A DNA stretch of 64,000 nt from Polaromonas sp. (GTDB taxonomy: Bacteria > Pseudomonadota > Gammaproteobacteria > Burkholderiales > Burkholderiaceae_C): assembly GCA_031412235.1 (NCBI GenBank), contig JANOCP010000075.1, positions 5,696 to 69,695 on the forward strand, read 5' to 3'. Position numbers and translations under genes: made by a program. Numbering within the stretch: the first letter of the stretch is position 1; each line of letters begins with the position of its first letter. The notes below the pieces were generated by a model. It made no database searches, was not told the DNA's origin, and saw only the letters and a list, made by a program, of their open reading frames with translations. Positions 28,691 to 36,638 of this stretch are shown one piece after another.

Positions 28691-28882
28691 ATGTGGCGTA
28701 TTTGGCGTATTGTTGATCCCCGCAAAGGCATCATCTTCACAGGCTTGATCATTGCCTTTACATGCACGTCGATCCATCTGGTTCAACTTAGCACTGATCG
28801 CTATAACCTCAACACGTGGCACCCAGACACGGTGAAGGCTGCAAAGGCTGCGCAAAACGCAGCGATGCCACCTTCAAAATAA
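28691..28882 (+). CDS. pufA: Light-harvesting 1 alpha polypeptide
   Basis: MWRIWRIVDPRKGIIFTGLIIAFTCTSIHLVQLSTDRYN.. has the canonical alpha N-terminus and His29 ligand. SD AAGGA. Confidence 0.9.
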   Translation: MWRIWRIVDPRKGIIFTGLIIAFTCTSIHLVQLSTDRYNLNTWHPDTVKAAKAAQNAAMPPSK

Positions 28883-28906
28883 CGGCGGCGCTTTTGCTGC
28901 CGATGC

Positions 28907-28946
28907 GGTGAGCGAAGTCAGGCTGATACGGCCTGCTTCGCGCACC
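28907..28946 (+). promoter_or_regulatory. Intercistronic pufA-pufL stem-loop (mRNA stability / processing element candidate)
   Basis: GGTGAGCGAAGTCAGGC-tgatacg-GCCTGCTTCGCGCACC forms ~15 bp with one bulge and one mismatch. Confidence 0.55.
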
Positions 28947-29010
28947 CCTCAAGTACAACTATTTATTTCTGGCAGCGTCTAGCCACGCGTACCGGATGCG
29001 AGGAGCCAAT

Positions 29011-29838
29011 ATGGCCATGCTGAGTTTTGAAAGAAAGTACCGTATTCGCGGCGGCACCCTGATTGGGGGCGACCTGTTCGATTTCTGGATGGGCCCGTTT
29101 TACGTTGGTTTTTTTGGAATAACCACAGCTTTTTTTACTCTTGTTGGCACAGCCATGATTTTATGGGGTGCCGCCATGGGACCGACCTGGAATCCATGGC
29201 AAATCAATATTGCGCCGCCAGACATTTCAAATGGATTGAAGATGGCTCCGATGATGGCCGGTGGCTTGTGGCAAATCATCACCGTTTGTGCGTTGGGCGC
29301 ATTCGTTTCGTGGGCGCTCAGAGAGGTCGAAATTTGTCGCAAACTGGGAATGGGCTTGCATGTCCCGGTTGCATTTGGTTTTGCGATTTTTGCGTACTTC
29401 ACCCTGCAGGTCATCCGCCCGGTGCTGATGGGTTCCTGGGGTCACGCTTTCCCCTACGGCATTTATAGCCACCTGGATTGGGTTAGCAATACGGGTTATC
29501 AATACCTGCACTTTCACTACAACCCGGCGCACATGATTGCGGTGACGTTGTTCTTCGCCACCACCTTGTCACTGTCGCTGCACGGCGCGCTGGTGCTGTC
29601 GGCCACTAACCCTGGCAAAGGCGAAGTTGTTAAAACACCTGAGCATGAAGACACTTTTTTCCGCGACGTGATTGGCTACTCGGTTGGCACGCTTGGCATT
29701 CACCGCTTGGGCCTGTTCCTGGCGCTCGCAGCAGTCTGGTTTTCAGCGCTGTGCATTGTTATCAGCGGGCCGTTCTGGACGCGCGGTTGGCCCGAATGGT
29801 GGGGCTGGTGGCTGAACATGCCAATCTGGGGTCATTAA
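29011..29838 (+). CDS. pufL: Photosynthetic reaction centre L subunit
   Basis: [35 protein letters not shown]. Five TM helices. SD GAGGAG. I prefer ATG 29011 over 28996. Confidence 0.95.
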   Translation: MAMLSFERKYRIRGGTLIGGDLFDFWMGPFYVGFFGITTAFFTLVGTAMILWGAAMGPTWNPWQINIAPPDISNGLKMAPMMAGGLWQIITVCALGAFVSWALREVEICRKLGMGLHVPVAFGFAIFAYFTLQVIRPVLMGSWGHAFPYGIYSHLDWVSNTGYQYLHFHYNPAHMIAVTLFFATTLSLSLHGALVLSATNPGKGEVVKTPEHEDTFFRDVIGYSVGTLGIHRLGLFLALAAVWFSALCIVISGPFWTRGWPEWWGWWLNMPIWGH

Positions 29839-29872
29839 AAGAACACGAGGAAAGAACAAGAGGTGAATCAAC

Positions 29873-30847
29873 ATGGCTGAATATCAAAATCTTTTTACTA
29901 CGGTGCAGCCCATCGGGCCTGCATCTCCGGGTGTCCCTTTGCCGCCAGGCGACTCTGAACGAATCGGCACGCCGTTTTTTCTTCACCTCGCCGGGCGGCT
30001 GGGCAATGCGCAGATCGGCCCGATTTACCTAGGCTGGCTGGGGCTTGCCTCGCTGCTGTTCGGCACACTTGCGTTCAACATCATTGGCTTTAATATGTTG
30101 GCGCAGGTGGACTGGAATCCCATGCAAATGATTCGTCAGCTGTTTTGGTTGGCGCTTGATCCGCCAGCGCCAAAATATGGTTTAAGCATTCCTCCGCTTA
30201 ACGACGGTGGTTGGTGGAATATCGCTGGCTTCATGCTCACGATTTCTCTCCTCTTGTGGTGGGCGCGTATGTACCGCCGCGCGCGACAACTGGGGCTGGG
30301 GACGCACGTGGCATGGGCTTTTGCCGCAGCTATCTGGCTTTATCTGGTCGTTGGGTTCTTCCGCCCTGTGCTGATGGGTAGCTGGGCTGAATCGGTACCC
30401 TTCGGTATCTTTCCGCACCTGGACTGGACGGCGGCCCTGTCACTGCGCTACGGCAACCTCTTCTACAACCCTTTCCATGCATTGTCGATTGTTTTTTTGT
30501 ATGGCTCTGTCTTGCTGTTTGCCATGCACGGCGCAACGATTCTTGCCGTCGGCCGTTATGGTGGTGAGCGCGAGATTGAGCAAATCATTGATCGCGGAAC
30601 GGCGTCCGAGCGCGCAGGCCTATTCTGGCGCTGGACGATGGGCTACAACGCGACGATGGAGTCGATTCACCGCTGGGCGTGGTGGTTTGCCGTACTCTGC
30701 CCGCTGGTAGGTGGCATTGGAATATTACTCACCGGCACGGTGGTAGACAACTGGTACTTGTGGTCTGTCAAACACCATGTCGTACCAAGTTATCCTGCTG
30801 TGTACGTGCCCACCCTTGACCCCGCTTTGCTCGGAGTGAAACCATGA
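29873..30847 (+). CDS. pufM: Photosynthetic reaction centre M subunit
   Basis: [11 protein letters not shown].. N-terminus and conserved ..HGATILAV.. region. SD GAGGTG. Confidence 0.95.
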   Translation: MAEYQNLFTTVQPIGPASPGVPLPPGDSERIGTPFFLHLAGRLGNAQIGPIYLGWLGLASLLFGTLAFNIIGFNMLAQVDWNPMQMIRQLFWLALDPPAPKYGLSIPPLNDGGWWNIAGFMLTISLLLWWARMYRRARQLGLGTHVAWAFAAAIWLYLVVGFFRPVLMGSWAESVPFGIFPHLDWTAALSLRYGNLFYNPFHALSIVFLYGSVLLFAMHGATILAVGRYGGEREIEQIIDRGTASERAGLFWRWTMGYNATMESIHRWAWWFAVLCPLVGGIGILLTGTVVDNWYLWSVKHHVVPSYPAVYVPTLDPALLGVKP

Positions 30848-31959
30848 TGACGCACATCGCCCTTAAATTATTGCTTGCAAGCATTGCTGCACTGCTCATC
30901 ACTGGCTGTGAAAGGCCGCCGATTGCGGTGTCGCAAACCGGCTTTCGCGGTACCGGCATGGAGCAGGTTTACAACCCGCGCACGCTGGCTACACAGGCGT
31001 CCCTTAATAAAGCGCCTGCAGCTGCCGATGCGATTGTTGACGTACCTGGTGCACCCAAAGCCGGTGCGATTTACCAAAACGTTAAAGTGTTGGGTGACCT
31101 GAGCGTAGGCGAGTTTGCCCGTACTATGAGCGCCATCACAGAGTGGGTAGCGCCCCAGCAAGGTTGCAACTACTGCCACGTGGCTGGCAACTTTGCTGAC
31201 GACAGCGTGTACACCAAAGTCGTCGCGCGCAAGATGTTACAGATGACACAAAAAATCAACTCGGGCTGGAAGCAGCACGTGGCTGAAACCGGCGTGACCT
31301 GCTACACCTGCCATCGTGGTAACAATATCCCCAAAGAAATCTGGTTTGCACCTGCAGCTCAAAAATTTGCCGGTGGCAATCTGGGTAATGATGCCGGGCA
31401 AAATCGCGCTGCCAGGTCGGTGGGTCTGTCGTCTTTGCCGTATGACCCTTTCACGCCATACTTCCTGGACAGCAAGCCCATTCGCGTTAATGGCAAGGAA
31501 GCGCTGGCTTTGAAGGGTACCGCTGCCAACCGCAGCTCCATCAAGCAAGCTGAACACACTTACGGCACGATGATTCACTGGTCTGAATCGCTGGGCGTGA
31601 ACTGTACCTACTGCCACAACACGCAGTCTTTTTCGAGTTGGGGGGCCAACGCCACACCGCAGCGCGCTACCGCCTGGTACGGCATCCGCATGGCGCGGGA
31701 ACTCAACAATGAGTACATGGTGCCCATCACCAATGTTTTTCCTGCGAACAGACTGGGACCTACCGGCGACGTGGCTAAGGCCAACTGCGCGACCTGCCAC
31801 CAGGGCGCTTACAAACCTCTGTATGGCGCGGCTATGGCCAAACACTACCCTGCGATGTACGCACCGGTCAAAGCGCCTGATGCGCCAGTCGCTGTGCCCT
31901 TAGCTGCTGCTGCGCAAGCTGCACCTGTTGCTGGTAAGGTTGAGGTTTCAGCCAAGTAA
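30844..31959 (+). CDS. pufC: Reaction-centre-bound tetraheme cytochrome c subunit
   Basis: Four CxxCH motifs (CNYCH, CYTCH, CTYCH, CATCH). Lipobox-like LLITGC. ATGA overlap with pufM. Confidence 0.93.
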   Translation: MMTHIALKLLLASIAALLITGCERPPIAVSQTGFRGTGMEQVYNPRTLATQASLNKAPAAADAIVDVPGAPKAGAIYQNVKVLGDLSVGEFARTMSAITEWVAPQQGCNYCHVAGNFADDSVYTKVVARKMLQMTQKINSGWKQHVAETGVTCYTCHRGNNIPKEIWFAPAAQKFAGGNLGNDAGQNRAARSVGLSSLPYDPFTPYFLDSKPIRVNGKEALALKGTAANRSSIKQAEHTYGTMIHWSESLGVNCTYCHNTQSFSSWGANATPQRATAWYGIRMARELNNEYMVPITNVFPANRLGPTGDVAKANCATCHQGAYKPLYGAAMAKHYPAMYAPVKAPDAPVAVPLAAAAQAAPVAGKVEVSAK

Positions 31960-31982
31960 ATTGCTCTGGCCTATCAAGCCCC

Positions 31983-32003
31983 CACTGCGCTTTGCGCGCA
32001 GTG
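31983..32003 (+). terminator. Hairpin downstream of pufC (weak terminator / 3' stabiliser candidate)
   Basis: CACTGCGC-tttgc-GCGCAGTG. The T-run (TTTTT) begins only 12 nt later, so this is not a canonical intrinsic terminator. Confidence 0.35.
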
Positions 32004-32023
32004 TCTGGGCGGTCACTTTTTGT

Positions 32024-32761
32024 ATGCCGCCCACTGATTTAACGACCCCATCAGCCGCCGAAGCCTCACAGGCTAAACCTGTGGGCACGGTGGCCGTGTT
32101 TTTGCTGGCCGACATTGCGCCCCAACACCGCTGGTGGGGTTATGCCCGGTTTGTGATTGGGCGTTTTATCATGCGCGGTGTACCAGGGCTGGTGATGTAC
32201 AAGGTGATGGGTAGCGGTGATGGCGGCGGCTTTGGCCTCAGGCCCAGCAGTTCGCGGCAGGCGTTGTTTTGTTTGTTCGCCGACGAGGGCTGCGCCGACG
32301 CATTTTTAAAATCATCGACAGCACATAGGTATGAGCAGCGATCGCGAGAGTTTTGCTCTGCAAAGCTGCGGGCTTATGCTTGCAGGGGCACTTGGTCGGG
32401 TCAAGCGATTGCTGTTACGGCTACTGCGCCAGAAGAGGGGCCGATTGCTACGCTGACCCGAGCGTCTATCCGGCCCACCCGCGCCCTGCGCTTTTGGCGC
32501 ATGCAGCCCGCCAGCGAGGTGTCGCTAAACGCTGCAAGTGGCTGCCTGATGGCTACAGGGGTAGGGGAAGCGCCTTTTTTCCGGCAAGCGACGTTCAGTT
32601 TGTGGACCAATACTGCCGCCATGGACGCTTATGCGCGTACCGGTGCGCACCTGGCCGCAATACGCGCTGCGCATGAAGGTGCTTTCTTTTCAGAATCGAT
32701 GTTTGTACGTTTTGTGCCGTACAGCTTGACGGGCAGTTGGCGTGGGCGGCGCTATGGCTGA
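32024..32761 (+). CDS. crtA: Spheroidene monooxygenase
   Basis: ..VAVFLLADIAPQHRWWGYARFVIGRF..VMGSGDGGGFGLRPS..EAPFFRQATFSLWTNTAAMDAYAR.. resembles CrtA. ATG 32024 was chosen over the upstream extension of the ORF. Confidence 0.8.
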   Translation: MPPTDLTTPSAAEASQAKPVGTVAVFLLADIAPQHRWWGYARFVIGRFIMRGVPGLVMYKVMGSGDGGGFGLRPSSSRQALFCLFADEGCADAFLKSSTAHRYEQRSREFCSAKLRAYACRGTWSGQAIAVTATAPEEGPIATLTRASIRPTRALRFWRMQPASEVSLNAASGCLMATGVGEAPFFRQATFSLWTNTAAMDAYARTGAHLAAIRAAHEGAFFSESMFVRFVPYSLTGSWRGRRYG

Positions 32762-34343
32762 GCGAGCTGTGCTGAAGGGTCAACACGTCATTGTGGTGGG
32801 CGCGGGCGTGGGAGGTCTGGTCAGTGCTTTGCTTCTGGCACACAGCGGTGTGCGGGTCACGCTGGTGGAGTCAGCCAGCGCACCCGGCGGAAAAATGCGG
32901 CAAATCAACGTCGGTGGCGCGCTGGTGGACTCAGGCCCGACGGTGTTCACCATGCGTTGGGTATTTGAGCAAATCTTTGCGCAGGTCGGCTGTAACTTGG
33001 CCGATGTGGTCAAGCTGGAGCCACTGGACATCTTGTGCCGGCATGCCTGGCGCAGTACCGATCAACGACTGGATTTATTCACCGATATAGCGCGCTCGGC
33101 TGACGCCATCTCGCAATTCAGCTCACCCCAAGAGGCGCAGCGCTTTGTCGCCTTCTGCAAAAAAGCCAAGAAGATTTACAACCATCTCGAAGGCCCTTAC
33201 ATCCGATCATCCCGCCCAAGCCTGAGTAGCATGGGTGCCGACCTGGGTGTCAAAGGCATGGCCGCTCTCGCCAGCCTCGGGCCATTTGCGTCGCTGTGGC
33301 AGTCGCTCGGAGCTTATTTTCAGGACCCGCGTTTGCGTCAGTTGTTTGGCCGCTACGCTACCTATTGCGGGGCGTCGCCCTGGGCTGCGCCCGCGACGCT
33401 GATGTTGGTCGCGCATGTCGAACTCGATGGCGTGTGGTCGGTCGATGGTGGTATGCACGCGCTGGCTAAAGCGATAGCCGCGCAAGCCGCGCGCCGGGGC
33501 GCTACGCTGCGCTATTGCTCGCCATGCCAGCGCATTTTGGTCCGTGATGGCAGAGCCTGCGGCATTGAGCTGGCGGGTGGTGAGCAACTGGAGGCTGATG
33601 CGATTATTTTTAATGGTGATGCAAGCGCGCTTGCGCAAGGTTTGTTGGGCGCTGATGCGCAGCAAGCCGCAAAAAATACGCCGTTACACAAGCGTTCGCT
33701 GTCAGCCGTCACATGGTCTGTCAAAGCAAAGACATCAGGCCTTCCGCTCGTCAGGCACAACGTGTTTTTTGATGACGATTACCAACTTGAGTTTGACGAA
33801 ATTTTCAAACGGCACAAGCTGCCCAGTCGCGGTACCGTGTACGTTTGTGCACAAGACCGGACAGACACCGCTAAACCTACTGATCAAAACGAACGCCTGC
33901 TGTGCTTGGTCAATGCACCGGCCACAGGCGACTCACATGCTTTTAACTCGCCGGAGATTCAATCATGCCAGGAGCAAAGCCTCAAGCTGCTGGGCCAATG
34001 TGGCCTGGTGCTGGATTTGGCCTCAAAAACAGCCCAGTCAGTCATCACCACTCCGGGGGACTTCAACCAGCTGTTTCCGGGCACGGGCGGGGCGCTCTAC
34101 GGCCCGGCATCGCACGGGTGGATGACGCCCTTTCAAAGACCGAGCTCGGTCAGCAAACTCCCGGGGCTGTACCTGGCGGGGGGCAGCGTACACCCGGGGC
34201 CGGGCGTACCGATGGCGGCGCTGTCGGGCCAACTGGCGGCCGCCACAGTTCTGGCGAGCCTCGGTTCGACCAGGCCGTCGGGCCGGGTGCGTATCTCTGG
34301 TGGTACGTTGACGCCATCAGCGACGACGGTCAGCACGCCCTGA
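32754..34343 (+). CDS. crtD: Methoxyneurosporene / 1-hydroxycarotenoid 3,4-desaturase
   Basis: FAD Rossmann motif HVIVVGAGVGGLVSALLLA. Phytoene-desaturase-family C-terminus (LYLAGGSVHPGPGVPMAALSG). It overlaps the crtA stop by 8 nt. Confidence 0.88.
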   Translation: MAERAVLKGQHVIVVGAGVGGLVSALLLAHSGVRVTLVESASAPGGKMRQINVGGALVDSGPTVFTMRWVFEQIFAQVGCNLADVVKLEPLDILCRHAWRSTDQRLDLFTDIARSADAISQFSSPQEAQRFVAFCKKAKKIYNHLEGPYIRSSRPSLSSMGADLGVKGMAALASLGPFASLWQSLGAYFQDPRLRQLFGRYATYCGASPWAAPATLMLVAHVELDGVWSVDGGMHALAKAIAAQAARRGATLRYCSPCQRILVRDGRACGIELAGGEQLEADAIIFNGDASALAQGLLGADAQQAAKNTPLHKRSLSAVTWSVKAKTSGLPLVRHNVFFDDDYQLEFDEIFKRHKLPSRGTVYVCAQDRTDTAKPTDQNERLLCLVNAPATGDSHAFNSPEIQSCQEQSLKLLGQCGLVLDLASKTAQSVITTPGDFNQLFPGTGGALYGPASHGWMTPFQRPSSVSKLPGLYLAGGSVHPGPGVPMAALSGQLAAATVLASLGSTRPSGRVRISGGTLTPSATTVSTP

Positions 34344-35194
34344 GCATCATCGCCTTTGTAGGCAGTGTTTTTTCGCCCTATTACGCGAGCGCATTTGCAA
34401 AGCACAGCGCTGCGGTACAAGCCGGTAACCATTGCGCTATCAACGTTGCGCTGTACGGCCCTGGCCGCCGCCGCTGGACCATGACCGAGCGTGGTAGCGC
34501 CCGCGTTCAGCGTAGTGCCGAACAATTGGTGATCGGCCCCAGTCAGCTCAAATGGACGGGCGGCCATTTGCAGATTGATCTGGACGAAATCAGCGTGCCC
34601 GTCCCGCAGCGCGTGCGCGGCATGGTACGTGTGTACCCGGATGCGCTGTGCACCTACTCGAACGCGCTGGACGATGCAGGCAAGCACCGCTGGGGGCCCA
34701 TTGCGCCTTGCGCGCGGATTGATGTTGATTTGCAAAAGCCTGGCCTCAAGTGGCAGGGCAACGCTTATTTGGACAGCAATGAGGGCGACGAGCCTGTCAC
34801 CGTGCCGTTTAAAGCCTGGGACTGGTCACGCGCCCGCATGGCAGATGGAAGCACGGCTGTGATCTACGACGTGACGCAAACCAGCGGCGCGCAGACGTTA
34901 TTGGCCGAGCGCTTCAAACCCGATGGCTCGTGGGAATCGTTTCAACCCGCGATCCAGCGTGAACATTTACCGCCCACCCTCTGGCGCATTGACCGTGGAA
35001 TTCGCGCGGACGCATCAAGTGCTACCCAGGTTCTTGAGACACTTGAAGACACACCGTTTTACGCACGCAGCCTGCTGCAGACCCAACTGCTGGGTGAGAA
35101 GGTCAGCGCCGTACACGAGACGCTAGAACCCCAGCGCCTCAAAAGCCGCGCCGTGCAAATGATGTTGCCCTTTCGCATGCCGCGCCGGGCTTAG
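34118..35194 (+). CDS. crtC: Hydroxyneurosporene synthase (acyclic carotenoid 1,2-hydratase)
   Basis: Conserved CrtC N-terminal block ..GPGAYLWWYVDAISDDGQHALSIIAFVGSVFSPYY.. begins near nt 34262. The start is uncertain: the nearest in-frame canonical starts are GTG 34118, ATG 33998 and ATG 33965, all deep inside crtD. Confidence 0.8.
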   Translation: MDDALSKTELGQQTPGAVPGGGQRTPGAGRTDGGAVGPTGGRHSSGEPRFDQAVGPGAYLWWYVDAISDDGQHALSIIAFVGSVFSPYYASAFAKHSAAVQAGNHCAINVALYGPGRRRWTMTERGSARVQRSAEQLVIGPSQLKWTGGHLQIDLDEISVPVPQRVRGMVRVYPDALCTYSNALDDAGKHRWGPIAPCARIDVDLQKPGLKWQGNAYLDSNEGDEPVTVPFKAWDWSRARMADGSTAVIYDVTQTSGAQTLLAERFKPDGSWESFQPAIQREHLPPTLWRIDRGIRADASSATQVLETLEDTPFYARSLLQTQLLGEKVSAVHETLEPQRLKSRAVQMMLPFRMPRRA

Positions 35195-35207
35195 GAGGCC
35201 AAAGCCG

Positions 35208-35672
35208 ATGGTTGCCAACGACACCGTTAAAGTTCTGCATGTGCTGTCTGCGTGCCTCTTTTTAGGCAACGTGGTGGTCAGCGGCACCTGGGCTTTTTTG
35301 GCCGAGCGCACGCGAAGCTTTGAAGTCATTGCGTTCAGTAACCGACTGGTGCTGATCACTGACCTGCTGTTCACGCTGACAGGCGCGCTGCTGGTGGTCT
35401 ACACCGGCTCGCTCATGTCGCACCGCTACGCGGCGTTACCGGCTGCATCACAGGCCTGGATCACCTGGTCGTACCTTCTGTTCGGCCTGTCGGGGCTGAT
35501 CTGGGCGCTGGTACTGGTGCCCATCCAGCTGCGCCAGCGCATACTGCTCAAGCGCTACAAAGCCATCACACCTGAATATCTGAAGCTGTCCCGCATCTGG
35601 CAAATCAGCGGCGCCGTAGCCACCATCGTGCCACTGCCGATTGTGTATTTGATGATCGTCAAGGGCATGTGA
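35208..35672 (+). CDS. Four-TM membrane protein (DUF2269-like), terminal gene of the crt/puf superoperon
   Basis: SD AGGAGG. It starts 13 nt after the crtC stop. It has four hydrophobic segments. The family assignment is from memory of the DUF2269 pattern and is tentative. Confidence 0.6.
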   Translation: MVANDTVKVLHVLSACLFLGNVVVSGTWAFLAERTRSFEVIAFSNRLVLITDLLFTLTGALLVVYTGSLMSHRYAALPAASQAWITWSYLLFGLSGLIWALVLVPIQLRQRILLKRYKAITPEYLKLSRIWQISGAVATIVPLPIVYLMIVKGM

Positions 35673-35707
35673 CAGGCCTGGTAGCTGACGCTAATTGCTA
35701 TTAAATT

Positions 35708-35744
35708 AGTAGCTACCAACACCCAAAACTATTGGGCTATAGGC
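35708..35744 (+). repeat. REP-like intergenic element, copy C
   Basis: AGTAGCTACCAACACCCAAAACTATTGGGCTATAGGC. Same core as copies A, B and D. Confidence 0.6.
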
Positions 35745-35941
35745 ATAAATAAAGGTAAAAACTGATCGAAACTGTTTTTAAGTAGTTTGAAGGTGAACCG
35801 GGTCAGCCCGGGCGGCTTGAGATTCGAAATGTGCCGTTAATGTCAAAAAAATGACTCAGTGCCAATGATTGCAGGCGCAAGTAGCTCCTAAATTCAAAAT
35901 AATTGACATTGCTTGCAAGCTTGATTGTTGCGCAGCTCGCT

Positions 35942-36370
35942 TCAAACCACGGGCGCATCCATCACCTTACCTGCTGCAATCAGGGTATCCATCTTCATCA
36001 TTACCTCTTCGGGAGTGGCTGTGTAGGGGTCAAACAGGGGGCGCTGGCTCTGGGCGGCATCTAGCGGCGGCATGTGGACCAGGTCGATGTGCGCCATTGC
36101 CCACTTGCCGTAGCGTCGGCTCCGGATGTCCTCTTGCTGCCGTAGCACCATACTTTCATGCCGCTTGTCCTGCGAGATGCGTGCGTACAAAGCCTCCACC
36201 TGGCTACGCTCTCCTTCCAGCACCTGCAGGTACACGCCCTGGCCTTGGCACAGCACGCCAGTGATGCCGTTGCTTGGGTTGTGGCGCTGCGCGCTTCGCA
36301 AAATGGTGCCCGTCACGGCGGTGGTGATGGGGCCAACGGCAGTACTGATATAAAGAATCCGGTTCAGCAT
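35942..36370 (-). CDS. Short BLUF-domain blue-light (FAD) photoreceptor
   Basis: RILYISTA (conserved Tyr). ..NGITGVLCQGQGVYLQVLEGERSQVEALYARISQDKRH.. (conserved Gln and the LEG / D.RH blocks). ..YGKWAMAH (W-x-M). 142 aa with no output domain. Confidence 0.85.
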   Translation of the reverse strand: MLNRILYISTAVGPITTAVTGTILRSAQRHNPSNGITGVLCQGQGVYLQVLEGERSQVEALYARISQDKRHESMVLRQQEDIRSRRYGKWAMAHIDLVHMPPLDAAQSQRPLFDPYTATPEEVMMKMDTLIAAGKVMDAPVV

Positions 36371-36420
36371 GCTTGGGTGATCCTTGAGCTGGTCAATAAC
36401 CTATTTTCTAGATTAAATAA

Positions 36421-36456
36421 GGCTGTAGCCCAATCACTTCGGGTGCCAACAGCTAT
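36421..36456 (-). repeat. REP-like intergenic element, copy D (inverted relative to copy C)
   Basis: The reverse complement reads ATAGCTGTTGGCACCCGAAGTGATTGGGCTACAGCC. Confidence 0.65.
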
Positions 36457-36476
36457 TAAATACATAGTGATTATAG

Positions 36477-36635
36477 TTAATTTCGGGATTTATCTTGCCT
36501 GGCGCTGGGCTTGGCATCCAGCCCTGTTTGGCGCTTTTTTTCTTGTGCCAGGTCACGCAGTTGCCACCATACAAAGACAGCGCCTGCGGCAATCAAAATC
36601 AGCACCTTGATGGCCATCAGACTATTGGCGTTCAT
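36477..36635 (-). CDS. 52-aa single-TM ORF immediately downstream of crtB (below the ORF-track length cut-off)
   Basis: The ATG lies 3 nt after the crtB TAG. The product is MNANSLMAIKVLILIAAGAVFVWWQLRDLAQEKKRQTGLDAKPSARQDKSRN, one hydrophobic helix plus a basic tail. No SD was recognised and no family was recognised. Confidence 0.4.
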   Translation of the reverse strand: MNANSLMAIKVLILIAAGAVFVWWQLRDLAQEKKRQTGLDAKPSARQDKSRN

Positions 36636-36638
36636 AGA

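Noticed and set aside
28465-28767. 100-aa minus-strand ORF (and 61- and 60-aa ones) overlapping orf74 and pufA
   Set aside because: It is antisense to the certain pufA gene, and its product is His/Arg/Pro-rich and non-hydrophobic. The plus-strand orf74 has a strong SD, a TM helix and operon-consistent spacing.
31928-32023. Longer N-terminal extension of crtA. Similar cases are 58739 for the pucC-like gene, 24043 for bchX, 28996 for pufL, 6228 for pilW, 7853 for the beta-helix protein and 8985 for pilE.
   Set aside because: The extensions overlap the preceding genes. They lack homology to the family N-termini. Internal ATGs with SD or ATGA/TGATG coupling fit the conserved N-termini.
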